NCBI GenBank assembly: GCA_965240325.2
Contig: OZ251249.1
Coordinates: 1,025,460-1,089,459, forward strand
DNA from: Rebecca billardiae RCC1528
Taxonomy: Eukaryota > Protista > Haptophyta
Direction: 5' to 3'
Length of the DNA stretch: 64,000 nt
The translations under genes were made by a program, and so were the position numbers. Shown here piece after piece: positions 32,713 through 44,105 of this stretch; within the stretch, counting starts at the first letter, position 1, and each line of letters begins with the position of its first letter. The notes beneath the pieces were generated by a model. The model worked only from the letters and a program-made list of their open reading frames with translations. It was not told the origin of the DNA and did no database searches.

Positions 32713-34349
32713 TCACGCGTCATAGACACCCGGGCCCGGGCCGGCCGTCGCCGCGCGCTTGTCCGCGCTCGCGGCGGCCGCGCCGAACCGATGCTCGCGC
32801 GGGAAGGCGTGCGCGGGCGTGCGCGCGTTCCGACGCACGCCGCTCACGCTCGCCGCGAGCGCGCGCGGCCGGGCGGGCGGCGGCAGCGCGCTGCTCCCCA
32901 CCGCGTCCGCGTGCGTCGGCGCGTGCGGCGAGTAGTGCGTCGGGCCAGGCGAGTGCGTCCCTGCGCCGCCGGAGGGCCCGCCCGCCCGCCCGCCCGCCGG
33001 TCGCGTGAGCGGCGCTGCGCGCGGGCGCACGGCGCGGCGCGTGTGCGCCCGTGGGTGTGCGTGTGGCATGGTGCCGTGCGGGGCGCGGGGGTGCCGGTGC
33101 AGCCCGCTGCGGAGGCGCTGCGGCGCGCGCACCGAGCAGGTTGGGCCGCACGTGCGGGGCGCCGATCGCCGTGCCCACCACGCGCCGCGCGAGCGTGCGC
33201 GACGAGCGCGTCATGTGCGGGGCGGGCGCGCGCGTGCGCCGTCCGCTGTGCTGCTCCCCGAACGCGCCCTCCGGGCTGTACGCCGCCGGGCCCGGGCCCA
33301 GCTGGCGCGCGCGGCAGCGGCAGCGGCGGGGCCGGCGGGGGCGGCGGCGGGGGAGGCAGCAGCGGCGGGGGCGGCGGCAGTGCGCACGGGGGGCCGGGGG
33401 TTAGGGTTAGGGTTAGGGTTAGAGTTAGGGCGGCAGTGGGCACGGGGGGCCGGGGGCGCGTGGCTCGGCGGGGTCGGCGCGCGCGACCGCAAGCGGCGCA
33501 GGCGCGCGGAGGTGCGCGCGCGCGCGCGCGCGCGCACCTCCGCGCGCCCCTTGCCCAGCCTCGGCCCGGTGCCGATCGAGAAGGCCGGCGCCTGCCGCCC
33601 GCCCACGCGCGTGGACGGCGCGCCGATGCCGCCCAGCGCGGCCGCGCTCACGCTGCCGGGGGCGGGCGTGCGCGCGCCGGGCACCTCCGACGGGCGCGCC
33701 GCGCCGGAGCCGAAGCTCCACGCGGGCGTGACGGCGCGCCGCGCGTCGAGCTGCGTCCCGCCGATCAGCCCGCTCTGCGCACAGCGCGCGCGGCGCAGCG
33801 CGCACCGCGCGGCGGCGCGCGGGCGCGTGAAGGGTCGGCGCGGTGCACGGCGCGCGGGGCGCACGTGCCAGGCGCGCGCGGCGCACCGTGGGCGTGTACG
33901 ACGCCGGACCGGGCAACGCGCCCGGCCCCTTTCCGCCCGTGTACGGCCCGGAGCGCGGCTTGACGCCGAGGCGCGCGTCGCCGTCGAAGCGGCGCGCCGA
34001 GCCAAAGCCGTGCGCGGGCGCCGAGTGCGAGCGCGAGGAGAAGAGGCGCACGCCGACGGTGGGGCGCGCGGCGTGCGGCGGGCCGGGCGGACTGCTTCCG
34101 ACGCCACGCGCCGAGCCCACGGGCGGGTACCGCCCGCTCGGCTCGTCGCGCGCCGCGCCTGCAAACGCGTGCGCGGGCGCCGAGCGGCGGCTGCCCGAGC
34201 GCTGCGCGCCAAACGCGCTCGGCAGCCGGCTGCGCGCGGTGGGCGGGCGGGGCCGCCGGGGCACGGCGTCGGGCGGGGCGCGTGCGAGACGCGCGCGCGG
34301 GCGCGACGCCGCGCGGCGCGCACGAGTCGTAGACGAACGCCGCGGGCAT
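32713..34349 (-). CDS. ODF3/STPG-like protein with PG-rich SHIPPO-type repeats, multi-exon
   Basis: Repeated PGPASY, PGPAAY, PGPTHY and PGPGVY motifs and PAWSFG/PAFSIG/PAHGFG motifs lie in successive frames separated by GC-rich introns. Exon boundaries are approximate. Confidence 0.7.
33401..33430 (+). repeat. Interstitial telomeric sequence (TTAGGG)3 TTAGAG TTAGGG
   Basis: Read directly from the sequence. It has the same polarity as the terminal array. Confidence 0.9.
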
Positions 34350-34548
34350 GCTGCCAGCAGTCGGCCGGGGCGGCCGCCGCGAGCCGTGTTCGTGAGGCAG
34401 TACGTGAAGAGGATGAAACGAGATCCGTAACGTCGTACTGTGTTGCACTACTACGTGTATCATACGACTATTTCGCGACGACGAAGTGTAACGATTCGAG
34501 CGGAGCATGAACCGGCGGCCGGTGGCAACACGCGCCGGACACAGAGCC

Positions 34549-36454
34549 CTACGCGGCCAAGCGCTGGAGCGGCAGGCGCGGTAGCGCCCCCGGCCCCGCC
34601 GCGGAATCGTCCTCAGCCTGCGTGGCGCCACTCACCACCAGCTGGGCCGCAGCCGCCGCCTCGCCCTCGCAGGCCGCTGCTGCCACGGCCGCGGTGCCGT
34701 GCGCGGCCGAGCCGCCCGCTGGCACCGTTGCGGCCGTGCGCGCGCCGACCGTCGCGTCTGCGCCGCCGTCCCCGCGCGGCGCCGGGTCGGGCGGCCGCGT
34801 CTGCGGCTGCAGCTCGTCGCGCCAGCCGGCCAGCTCGGCGCGCAGCTCCTCCAGCCCAGCGCTCAGCTCGTCCTGCGGGCAGCGCGCGGGCGCACGCGCA
34901 CACGCGAGCGCTGAGCGGCGCGCACGCGCCGTGCGGGCCGCGCACGCGCGCGCGGGCGCGTGCGCGGCCCGCACCCGCTCGACGTCGGCGTACGCACGCA
35001 CGGCGCGCAGCCAGCGCTCTGAGCCGAGCCCCGCCTGCGTCAGCAGCCGCACCAGCGCGCTGCGCGCGCCGTGCAGGAGGCGTGGGGGGAGGGGCGGGCG
35101 GGGCAGCGGCGGCGCGGGCGCTGGGCGGCGCGCTCGTCGCAGCCGGGCGGCGGCGCGCGAGCGGCGCGAGCACGCGCGCGCGCGCGCACTTGTCCGGCTT
35201 GCGCCGCTGCCGCTTGCGCGCAGCGGGGCGGCGCGCCACCTCGCCCGGCGCGGCCGCCGCCGCGTGCGCCGCCGAGCGCGCGGCCGCCGCCGCGGCGGAG
35301 GCGCGCGCGGCCGCGGCGAGCTGCGAGGCGGCGGTGGGTTGCGGCGCGCTCCCCTGCCTGAGCGAGCTGGCCACGCGGTTGCGCGCGTACTGCGCGTGCC
35401 ACGCCGCGCGCTCGTCCTCGCCCAGCCCGCGCCAGAGCGCGCCCAGCGCGGCGCCGAGCTCGTGCGCGCGCGAGCCCGGCGCCTGCGCGCGCAGCCTCGG
35501 CCGCACCTCCGCGCAGAAGAGCAAGTAGGCGTTCTGCGGCTTGCGCGCGCACGGGGCGGCAGGGGCGGCGGCGGAGGCGGCGGCGGAGGCGGCAGCGCTG
35601 CCGCCGCCAGCAGCCGGGGCGCAGCCGAGAGCGAGAGCGCCGCCGGCGTCGGGAGGCGCGGGCGCCGCCGGCGCGGCGGCGTCGGCAGCGCGCGCGCGCG
35701 CCGCGCCCGAGCGGCCGCGCTTGCGGCCGCGCGCGCCGCCAGCCGCGCTCGGCGGCGGCGCGGCGCTCGCGGCGCGCGGACGCTCGGCGCCGTCGCCGCC
35801 GTCCGCCGGCGCGGGCGGCTGCGGCAGCGACGCGCCGCCAAACGCACTCGCGCCATTCGCCAGCCCCAGCGAGGCGAGCACCGCGCTCAGCCCGGCGGAG
35901 GGCGCCGCCGCGTCGGGCGGCGAGCCGGGCGCGCGGGCGGCGGCCGCCGGCGCGAGCGCGCGCGGCGCCGGCGCCGGCGGCGTCGGCGTCGCGAGCGGCG
36001 CGAGGTGCGGCGAGGGGCGCGCGGGCACCGGCCGCGCGGGCGCGACGGGCACGACGCGCGGCGGCTGCACGCGCTGCGCGCCCGTCACCACCGCCATCGG
36101 CCGCGGCGCCGCCAGCTGCGCGCGCGCCGCGTACAGCGCGCGGCTCTCGGCACACATGGCGGCCCACACCGCGGCGAGGCCGTTGTCCACGTCGGCGCGC
36201 GAGGGCGACGGGCGCGTCTGCGCGAGCTGCGCGGCGACCGTCGCGCGGTGCTGCGCGCAGAACGCGTGGAAGCCGAGGCCGCCCAGGCCCGCGCCCAGCG
36301 GCGCGAGCGGCGCGAGCGCGCCCCAGCCGCCGCCGAGCGCGGGCAGCGCGAGCAGCGGCGTGGGCGCGGCCGAGGCCGGCGGCAGACGCCGCGCGGCGCC
36401 AGCCAGCTGCTCGGGCGCCAGCGGCGGCCCGCCGTCACGGCTGGCGGCGCTCAT
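34549..36454 (-). CDS. Protein with two HMG boxes, multi-exon
   Basis: The two boxes read GFHAFCAQHR...LAAVWAAMCAESRALY and RKPQNAYLLFCAEVRP...LGALWRGLGEDERAAW. The 3' exons are approximate. Confidence 0.8.
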
Positions 36455-36820
36455 CCGTCCACGCCGGGGCGATGAGCTTACGCAGCGGCGGCAGCAGCCG
36501 GCATCGTTGATCGTGCGATGACGATCAGCAGGGCGCGCCGTTTATTGCGCTTATTTTGAGGCTGTGGCCAGTGGCAGCGCTGAGGCTGATCAACACCGAT
36601 CAACACTATTTACACTGCTGCTGTTCCTGACATGCACTGATAAGATGCGACTGATTCCCATTGAGCGGCCAGCAACTGAGGCCTGACTGTTTAATATCAT
36701 GAGGTGGCCCGCCGGGAGTCTCGTCACACAGAACTGATGAGCACGCTATATATCGATCGTCGCGACGACGGCCACCACTCGCGTCAGCACCACAGGGCCG
36801 CCGCCGACTGGGCCCCACCG

Positions 36821-38725
36821 CTACGGCTCTCGTCCGGCAGCAAGCAGCGGGGGCAGCGCGATGATCTGCGTCACGGGCGTGAACGCCGCCGCGCTGCCAG
36901 GCTGCGCGGCGCCGCTGTCGGTGCGGACACCCTGGCCGAGCGCGGCCGAGTGCTTGCCGCACGAGTGCACGGTGCCGCCCGCCGTCACGAACAGCGCACA
37001 TTCGAAGCCGAGCGCGCACTGGACCACGTCCTCGCCCAGCATGGCCTCCACGCACTCGGGAAGGTGCAGGTCGCAGTGCGAGCGCGCGAGTCCCAACGCC
37101 CCGCACCGCCCGTCGCTGCCAAACGTGTGCACGCTGCCGTCTGCGCACACGACCGCGCTGCCGACGGGGCCGGCGCACGCGCGCACGGCGCTCTCGCCCT
37201 CCAGATACTCGACCCGAACGGGCACCCACTCGTCCTCCAAATCGCCACGGCCAAGCGCGCAGTGACCCCCGTAGCCGCACGCGTGCACGCCGCCCTCCGC
37301 GTCCACCACCAGGCTGTGCACATCGCCCGCGCTCACGTGCACGGCGCGCACGGCCGCGAGCGCCTCGATGCGCGCTGGCGTGCTCCGATCCTGGAAGTCG
37401 CCGTGGCCGAGCCGGCCGTACATGCCGTCGCCGCAGGAGTAGGCGGCACCGCGCACGCTCAGAAAGAGCGTGTGCGTCACGCCCGCGGCCACGCCGCCCA
37501 CGCGCACGCCGTCCAGCGCCTCGATGCGCGTCGGCTCCCGCCGCTTCTTCGTGTCGCCGTGGCCGAGCTGGCCGTGCTCGTTCCAGCCCCAGCTGTACGC
37601 ACACCCCGTGGTGGTGAGCGCGAGGCTGTGAGACGCGCCGGCGCAGATGCCGACGACGACCCTCCCCAACAGCGCCGCGACGGGCGCAAAGCTCCCGCTG
37701 GCACCGCTGCCGCCGAGCCCCAGCTGGCCGCGATTGTTGGCGCCGCAGCCGTACACCGTCCCGGCGTCGCTCAGCGCGAGCAGGTGGCGGCTGCCCGCCG
37801 CGACGGCGCGCACGCGCACGCCGGCCAGCGACGCGACGCGCGTTGGCACCAGCACGGGCGGCGAGTCGAGCCCCACCCCGTGAGAGATGGCGGGCGGCGC
37901 GTGCCGCACGGCCAGCACCTCCTCCTCCTCCTCCTCCTCCTCCGCCTCCTCCTGCTCCTGCGCGACCGGCACCTCCGTCGCCTGCTCACCGCACGTGTGC
38001 AGCCCGCCCGCCGCGTCCACAAACGCGCTGAACGCCGGCATGAGACTCGGGCCGCATACGGCGACGCATGCATGCCGCGCGCTGAGCTCGAGCACGCGTT
38101 CACGCGCGAGCAGCTCGGACGTCCACGTGGGCGGCAACGTCGGCAGCAGCCGCGCGTGCCCGCGCTCGCGTGCGCGCTCGCGCAGCGCGTGCTCGACCGC
38201 CGAGCGGCCGCCCGGCGCGCCGCGGAAGAGGCGCGACGCGGCGTTGACGGCGGCGAGATCGCGAGCACTGCCGAGGTGGGCCAGCACGCGCACGAGCGCA
38301 TCGAACGGGAGCTCCGCCAGCACGGACCCGGGCGCCTGCAGCGCGGCGGCGCTGCCGCGGCGCGCCCCGTCCCGCCCTCCGACCGAGGGGGCCAGGGGTG
38401 TGACGCGGCCTCTGCCCTCCGCGAGCTCGACGTGACGCCACGCGTCGAGCTGGCGCACGCCAGCGTACATCGTCGTCGCCGATGCCACGGGCGTGATGCG
38501 CCCGCAGCCGGCGCGGCCGCAGCGCACGGCGCAGCACTCGGACTCGAGCGCGCGCTCGAAGAGGCACACGTTGTGCGCGACGTGCTCGGCGCCGCACGCG
38601 AGCTGCGCCCACGGCTGCGAGCCGATGCGCTCAGAGCACAGAGCGCAGCGAGCGTCGTCGCTGGCCGTCGGCATGAGAGCCGTGGGACGCGCCGCGGCGT
38701 CGCGCGCAAGCGGGCTGCCCTCCAT
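36821..38725 (-). CDS. RCC1-repeat protein with N-terminal RING-like zinc finger and F-box-like motif
   Basis: The N-terminus has CALC...CGAEHVAHNVC...C...C, followed by LAELPFDALVRVLAHL. About six repeats of the type VAAGxxH...YSWGWNEHGQLGHG follow. Confidence 0.85.
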   Translation of the reverse strand: MEGSPLARDAAARPTALMPTASDDARCALCSERIGSQPWAQLACGAEHVAHNVCLFERALESECCAVRCGRAGCGRITPVASATTMYAGVRQLDAWRHVELAEGRGRVTPLAPSVGGRDGARRGSAAALQAPGSVLAELPFDALVRVLAHLGSARDLAAVNAASRLFRGAPGGRSAVEHALRERARERGHARLLPTLPPTWTSELLARERVLELSARHACVAVCGPSLMPAFSAFVDAAGGLHTCGEQATEVPVAQEQEEAEEEEEEEEVLAVRHAPPAISHGVGLDSPPVLVPTRVASLAGVRVRAVAAGSRHLLALSDAGTVYGCGANNRGQLGLGGSGASGSFAPVAALLGRVVVGICAGASHSLALTTTGCAYSWGWNEHGQLGHGDTKKRREPTRIEALDGVRVGGVAAGVTHTLFLSVRGAAYSCGDGMYGRLGHGDFQDRSTPARIEALAAVRAVHVSAGDVHSLVVDAEGGVHACGYGGHCALGRGDLEDEWVPVRVEYLEGESAVRACAGPVGSAVVCADGSVHTFGSDGRCGALGLARSHCDLHLPECVEAMLGEDVVQCALGFECALFVTAGGTVHSCGKHSAALGQGVRTDSGAAQPGSAAAFTPVTQIIALPPLLAAGREP

Positions 38726-38757
38726 GCCTCGCCACCGATGACGATCCCAACCCCGTA

Positions 38758-38811
38758 TCTCGCCTGCCTGAGCTGTGTGCGTCTCTTATATTCTTTCTTA
38801 GTAAACTGTAC
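38758..38811 (-). promoter_or_regulatory. Conserved upstream motif, copy C
   Basis: Same 29-bp core plus AGTAAACTGTAC, about 33 bp upstream of the ATG at 38725. Confidence 0.5.
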
Positions 38812-39574
38812 GGTACCCGTACAGCGCCGAGATTACGCGGGCTCTGCGATCCATGGCGAGCTTGTGACTTGGGGCGGCGACTCGCGCAGCAGTTTGGCCG
38901 CTCGATGTACGAGTTCGCGTCCGGACGAGTACGCGCGGCATGCAGGCTGCCGCCAGTGGGTACTGGCTACGAGTCCAAGCCCGCATGACCCTACACATCT
39001 CGAGTCTGCACCCTGCCGTTCGCTGTGTCAAAGCAGTCGCAACGCACAAGCGTCGTTGAGTGTCGATCGGCTGCGCGAGCGCGGTCTCGCCCCGCCCAAC
39101 CCAAGTGTGTGCGAGTGAGCATGTGTCTTGAGCATGTGGCGTGCGTTGACGCCATCCGCGACGGCCGACATGGCCATGGAGCGCCCGCATCACTCGCCTG
39201 CACCGTGCCCTTCATAGCCTACGGGAAGCTCCGCACACTCGCACGGACACTAGAGAGTAGAGTCTGTCCGTGTCAGTGTCACTAGTCACTAGTGAGTAGT
39301 GACTAGACCTCATGGCGCAAGGTGAACGGACCGATCTGTCCGATGACTCTGCTCATCAGTGAGCGCAGTCAACGGTATATATCGTCTGACGTGCGTCGAA
39401 GGGATATGATAATGATGGTGCGATGCGGACAGCACTCCCCGGACGAGTGCTGCTGTTGATGAGATGGCGCCAGCGCGTCAGCACCGCCCCGCTGGCACGT
39501 GAGCCGGCGAGCAGAGGCCGCAGCCTTCCGCCCGCCCGGGCCGCCGCGGCTGACGGGGCGTGCCGCGGCGCGGC

Positions 39575-40728
39575 TCATTGCGCGCCGAGCCGGCCGAGCG
39601 TGTTGGCGATGTCGGAGACGAAGACGGTGGCGGCGAGCCCGATGAGCAGCAGCGCGGCGAGCGCGCTGAGCGCCTCCTTTGCGCCCTCGGACATGCGCTG
39701 CCGCCCCGCCGCCTCTGCGAGCGCGTCCACGCCGAGCAGCGCCATCTGCCCGCCGTCCAGCCCCGGCAGCGGGATCGTGTTGAACACGGCGATGTTGAGC
39801 GAGATCGTCGCGATGAACGCGGCGAACTTGCGCGGGTCCGTGCCCGCGATGCTCACCGCCGCGCTCGCGATGCCCACCGGCCCCTCGAGCTTGGGCGCCT
39901 CCGCGGGCGCGGCCCCGCCCACCGCCTGCGCCACAAAGCCGCCCAGCGCGCCGTACAGGTCGGCGGCGATGGCGGTGGCGATGGCGGCGGTCTCGGAGGT
40001 GGCGGTGGAGAGCGCGTCGATCGGGCCGCGAGGGCGGACGACGCGCGAGGAGAGCGCGGTGCGCGTCAGCTCGAGGCCGAGCTTGGCGCCGCCGCCGCCG
40101 CCGGCGGCGGCGTCGGCGGGCGGCGCGGGCGGCGGCCGCACGAGCAGCAGCTGCTGCGTCGGCGGCGGCGGCGCGCCGGGCGCGGCGGCGGGCGGCGCGG
40201 CGCGGCGGGGCGCACGGCGCGCCGTCTCGCCGGCGCTGCCACTGCTGCCCGCGCCGGCGGGCTGCGCCCGCGCCTTCCCCTCGACGTCCGCGGCGCTCCC
40301 GGCGGGCGGCGTGCGCTGCTGCGCGGAGGGCTGCTGCGCGGAGGGCGCGCGCTGCACGGTCAGCTCAAACGGAGCGCGCGCGGCCGCGCGCGCGCGCAGC
40401 TCGGCGAGCGGCTCGGCGAGCGAGGCGGTGGCGGGCGGGAGCGGCGCGCCGTCGACCGCGAGCAGCCGGTCGCCCGCGCGCACGCCCGCCGCCTCCGCCA
40501 CGGAGCCCTTCGCCACCGCCTTGACGGTGACGGTCTGGTCGTAGGAGACGAGCAGCTGGCCGTACGAGAGCGTGGCAGTTAGCAGCACCAGCCACGCCAG
40601 CACCACGTTGGCGAGCACGCCCGCGGAGATCACGGCGGCCTGCTGCGAGAGGGGGCGGTTGGTGAGCAGGTCCGGGTCGGTCGGGTCCACCGCCTCCGCC
40701 GCCGCCAGCTCCGCCTCCGCCTCGTCCT

Positions 40729-40762
<34 letters not shown>

Positions 40763-41689
40763 GACGCGCGCCGCGGGCGTGCGGCCGAGCGCGACGAGAG
40801 CGGCGAGCAGCGACGCGCCGAGCACGGCGGACTTGGCCCAGGGGGAGGCGCCGCCGCCGCCGCCGCTCGGCTCGGCCGCGGCGGCGCCCCGGCCGCGCCG
40901 CGGCTGCGCGCGGCCCACGCCTCCGCCGAGCAGCCCCGCCAGCCCGGCGGCGGCGCCGCCGGCCGCGCCGCGCGCCGCGCCGCCGTCCGCGCGCGCCGCC
41001 GCCGGCAGCCGGCTCGCGCTGAGCGCGGCGCCGACGGGCCACGGCTTGGACGGCTTGGGCGGGGCGCGCGGGGCGAAGGGCGCCCGGCGCGCACCGCCGC
41101 CGCCGCCCGCGCGCGCCGCCGCCGCGCGCCGCGGCGCGAGCGGCGGCGAGGGCGGCGGCGTCGCGCGCGCCGCGTCGCGCGCCGCCGCCGCGCGCGCCGC
41201 GCGCTGCGCGCGCGCGCGCGCGGCGTAGTCGCGCCGCGCGGCGAGCGCCTCCTCGGACGGCGCGCGCGGGAACGAGACGAACCCGCCGAGCGGCAGCGCG
41301 CGCACCGCCACCTCGAAGCTCGCGTTGGGCGGCGTGAGCAGCGCCACGCGCGGCCCAAAGCCGACCGCAAACTCCTTCACGCGGATGCCCTGGCCGACGG
41401 CGGCGAGGAAGTGGCCGAGCTCGTGGACCGAGACGATCAGGGTCAGCGCGCCCACGCCGGACACCACGTTCGCCGCCGAGGTCAGCGCCGACAGCGCGTC
41501 CGCCGACATGGCGGCGGCGGCCGCGGGCGGCCGCGCCGCGCGCGCCGCGCCGCGCGCCCGCGCGGCCGCGGGCGCGCTCCACGCGTGCGCGGCCGCGCAC
41601 GCGCCGAGGGCGAGCACGGCGGCGAGCGCGGTGTGGCCGCGGCCCGCGCGCGCCGGCGCGCCCCGCCGCCTCGCCATCGAGCGCATCAT
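39575..41689 (-). CDS. Plastid-targeted M50 intramembrane metalloprotease (RseP/ARASP-like) with PDZ domain
   Basis: It has HELGH, EFAVGFGP, ALPLGGFV, SAGVLAN, a PDZ segment (AEAAGVRAGDRLLAVDG), GPVGI and NTIPLPGLDGG. The signal peptide ends in AHA-WSAP, followed by a transit-like peptide. Confidence 0.9.
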
Positions 41690-41908
41690 CGGGCGGGCGC
41701 CGCGCGCAATTACTGCTCGCTGCTCGTCGCCGCCTTGCTTGCGCACTCGCGAAGCAGAGCGCGACGAGCGACACGCGCGCCCGGACTCGTGAGCACGGGC
41801 AAGCCGCAGCCGGACACAGCTGGACCAAGGGTGGTGCTGGACCAACGACCTCCGCCTGCTGCTCAACGAGCTGCGCTGCGACTCGTCGGGCCGGCCTGCG
41901 CGCGGACG

Positions 41909-42520
41909 ATGTACAAGCTCGCCGCGCGCGTGGGCGAGCGGCTCGAGCGGCTGTCGCCGCTGCTGGTGCGCCAGTGGGCGCCCGTGCTCAAGGCGGCGTG
42001 CGCCACGTGGATCTTCCCCTTCTGCGTCGCCTACTACGCGCTGCCCGCGCCGGAGGCGCAGCAGCAGCAGCCGCAGCCGGGCGGCGAGCCGACGGCCGGG
42101 GCCGCCGTGTTCGAGGCAAAGCTGCGCGCGCCGCTGCCCTGCCTCGGGCTGTACCTGGCGATGGGCGCGGTGCTGCTCCACATCTCGCTCGCCAAGCTGC
42201 GCGACGCGGGCGTGCCCCCGGGCGGCTGGAGCGCCGTGCTGGCCGGCGCGCTCTTCCTCGCGGTCGCGGCGGCCGCGGACCACGCGATCATGCTGCCGAT
42301 GTGCGCGCTGCACCGCGGAGGCGTGGCGCCGGACGCGGCGGCGACGTACGCGCGGGAGCAGCTGCCTGCGTACGCCGCGATCGTCCCGCTGGCGTGGCTC
42401 TGCGCGCGCCGGCTGGGCCCCGCGCGCGCCGCCGCGGCACCAGCGGCGGCCGAGGCGGCGGCCGGCCGGCCGGCCGCCGCCAAGCGGCCGCCGGGCGGCA
42501 GCGCCAAGAAGCGCAAGTAG
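41909..42520 (+). CDS. Small multi-pass membrane protein with C-terminal dilysine (KKRK) ER-retrieval motif
   Basis: About four hydrophobic segments and GC3-rich codons. It is divergent from the M50 gene, about 220 bp away. Confidence 0.6.
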   Translation: MYKLAARVGERLERLSPLLVRQWAPVLKAACATWIFPFCVAYYALPAPEAQQQQPQPGGEPTAGAAVFEAKLRAPLPCLGLYLAMGAVLLHISLAKLRDAGVPPGGWSAVLAGALFLAVAAAADHAIMLPMCALHRGGVAPDAAATYAREQLPAYAAIVPLAWLCARRLGPARAAAAPAAAEAAAGRPAAAKRPPGGSAKKRK

Positions 42521-43249
42521 GCGGCGCCGGGGCGCGCCGACGGGGACGCGCAGCCGGCGCAGCTGCCGCGTGCACGGCGCCGGCGGATGCTGAGGGCGCG
42601 CCTCGGGCCGCCCTCAGGAGCGGCGCGACCAGCCAGTCTCCTCGGCGCCGCCACCGATCGGCCGGCGATCACGGACCGGCGCGCGGACGACCAGGCGATC
42701 AGAGTCGCACCGCGCTGCGTCGTCGACCCGCGCCTGACCCGGCCGCCGTGGACCGTCGGCGAGCCGACGGTGACGGTCACCAGTTGCGGGGGCACCTGCT
42801 GGGGAATGGCCGAATGGCGGCGGCCAGGCCCGCGCAGGGCCGCCCGCTCCACGCGCGAGCGCGCGACTGCGTGTTCCACGCCAGCTGCAGCAGGCGGCCG
42901 CTGGCTGGTCGGCGGACACAGAGGTCGGCTGAGGAGTCGGCCGCCCGGCCCGTTTCGCTTGGGTGCGGGCCACACTCTCACTCACAGCGCGGGGCGTGGT
43001 GCTGCAGACGGGCCAGTCATTGCAGCGCGCACTCCGTGCTCAGACGTGCACACGCGACGCGCGTCGTCACTCGTCAGCACCGGCCGCTGCCGCCGTCGCT
43101 AACGCTTACGCGGCTTACGCCGCCATGGCAGCGTCGGAAGTTGCGCGCGCTCGGGCTACCGGCGGCGGCCGCGAGCCATCAGGCGTTAAAACAGGTTTCC
43201 AGCTAGTTGGCGCGCCCAAGTTGACGCGCAGCGCCAACCCATATGGCAT

Positions 43250-43302
43250 CTCTCTCTCTCTCTCGATCTCTCTCTGAGACTGAGTGAGTCTCTCTCTGTC
43301 TC

Positions 43303-43335
<33 letters not shown>

Positions 43336-43336
43336 A
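43250..43336. repeat. Interrupted (CT)n microsatellite followed by an AT-rich island
   Basis: Read directly from the sequence. Confidence 0.9.
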
Positions 43337-43523
43337 TGATTATGAATTAAAATAAGTTAAACATTTTTAAACTAATTTATTTTTAAATAAATATAACTGG
43401 CATAAATAACTGCTAGTACTGCTATAGTAATAGGACTCATTGCGCGCGCGCTGCCGTCACCGGCATCGTCGCGTCGCGGCACAAGACGTGGCGGCCAGTG
43501 CGTCAGACGGCGGGTGCTGTGCC

Positions 43524-44105
43524 TCAGACTCGGGCAGCTGCGAGCGAGGGCGGCTGCCGCACCGCCTGCACGCGCCGGCGCGGCAGCGCGGCGGGCAGTC
43601 GTCCTGTGCCGAGCTGCGCGCGCGGCGGGCTGGACTCCGAGTCGGAGGAGCCGTCCTCGCCGCTCGAGGCGCCAGGCGCCGCCCGCTCTGCGCCGCCCTC
43701 GGCGTGCCCGTGCAGCGCGAGCGCCTTGAGCAGGCCCATGATGGACGAGGGCGCGCCGCCGCCCGCAGCAGCCCCCTTGGCGCCCTTGGCGCCCGCCGGC
43801 CGCGCGCCGAGCTTGGCAAAGATGCGCCGGCGCTCGGAGCCGCCCGCCGATTTGGGCAGCGGGGGCGAGGCGCGCGCGCTCGACACCTTGCTCACCGGCG
43901 CGCTGCTGCGGCGCGGCGGCGCGGCGGCGGCGGCGAGCGGCTTTGCGATGCGCGCGTGCGGCGGCGTCGCAATGTGCCCCACCTCGACCACGCGGTCGCG
44001 GCGGCTGGGCGGCGGCAGCGCGACGGTGAGCCGACCAAAGCGGTCCTTTTGGTGCCGCGCGTGGAAGCCGGCGGCCGCCGCGTGCGCGCCCGGCGCGGTG
44101 TGCAT
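43524..44105 (-). CDS. Hypothetical protein
   Basis: GC3-biased ORF (RHQKDRFGRLTV...RRIFAKLG...IMGLLKALAL). No family recognised. Confidence 0.45.
   Translation of the reverse strand: MHTAPGAHAAAAGFHARHQKDRFGRLTVALPPPSRRDRVVEVGHIATPPHARIAKPLAAAAAPPRRSSAPVSKVSSARASPPLPKSAGGSERRRIFAKLGARPAGAKGAKGAAAGGGAPSSIMGLLKALALHGHAEGGAERAAPGASSGEDGSSDSESSPPRAQLGTGRLPAALPRRRVQAVRQPPSLAAARV

Noticed and set aside
41690-42313. 5' extension of the 912-aa M50 ORF
   Set aside because: It is antisense to the membrane-protein gene, and the targeting peptide begins near 41689.
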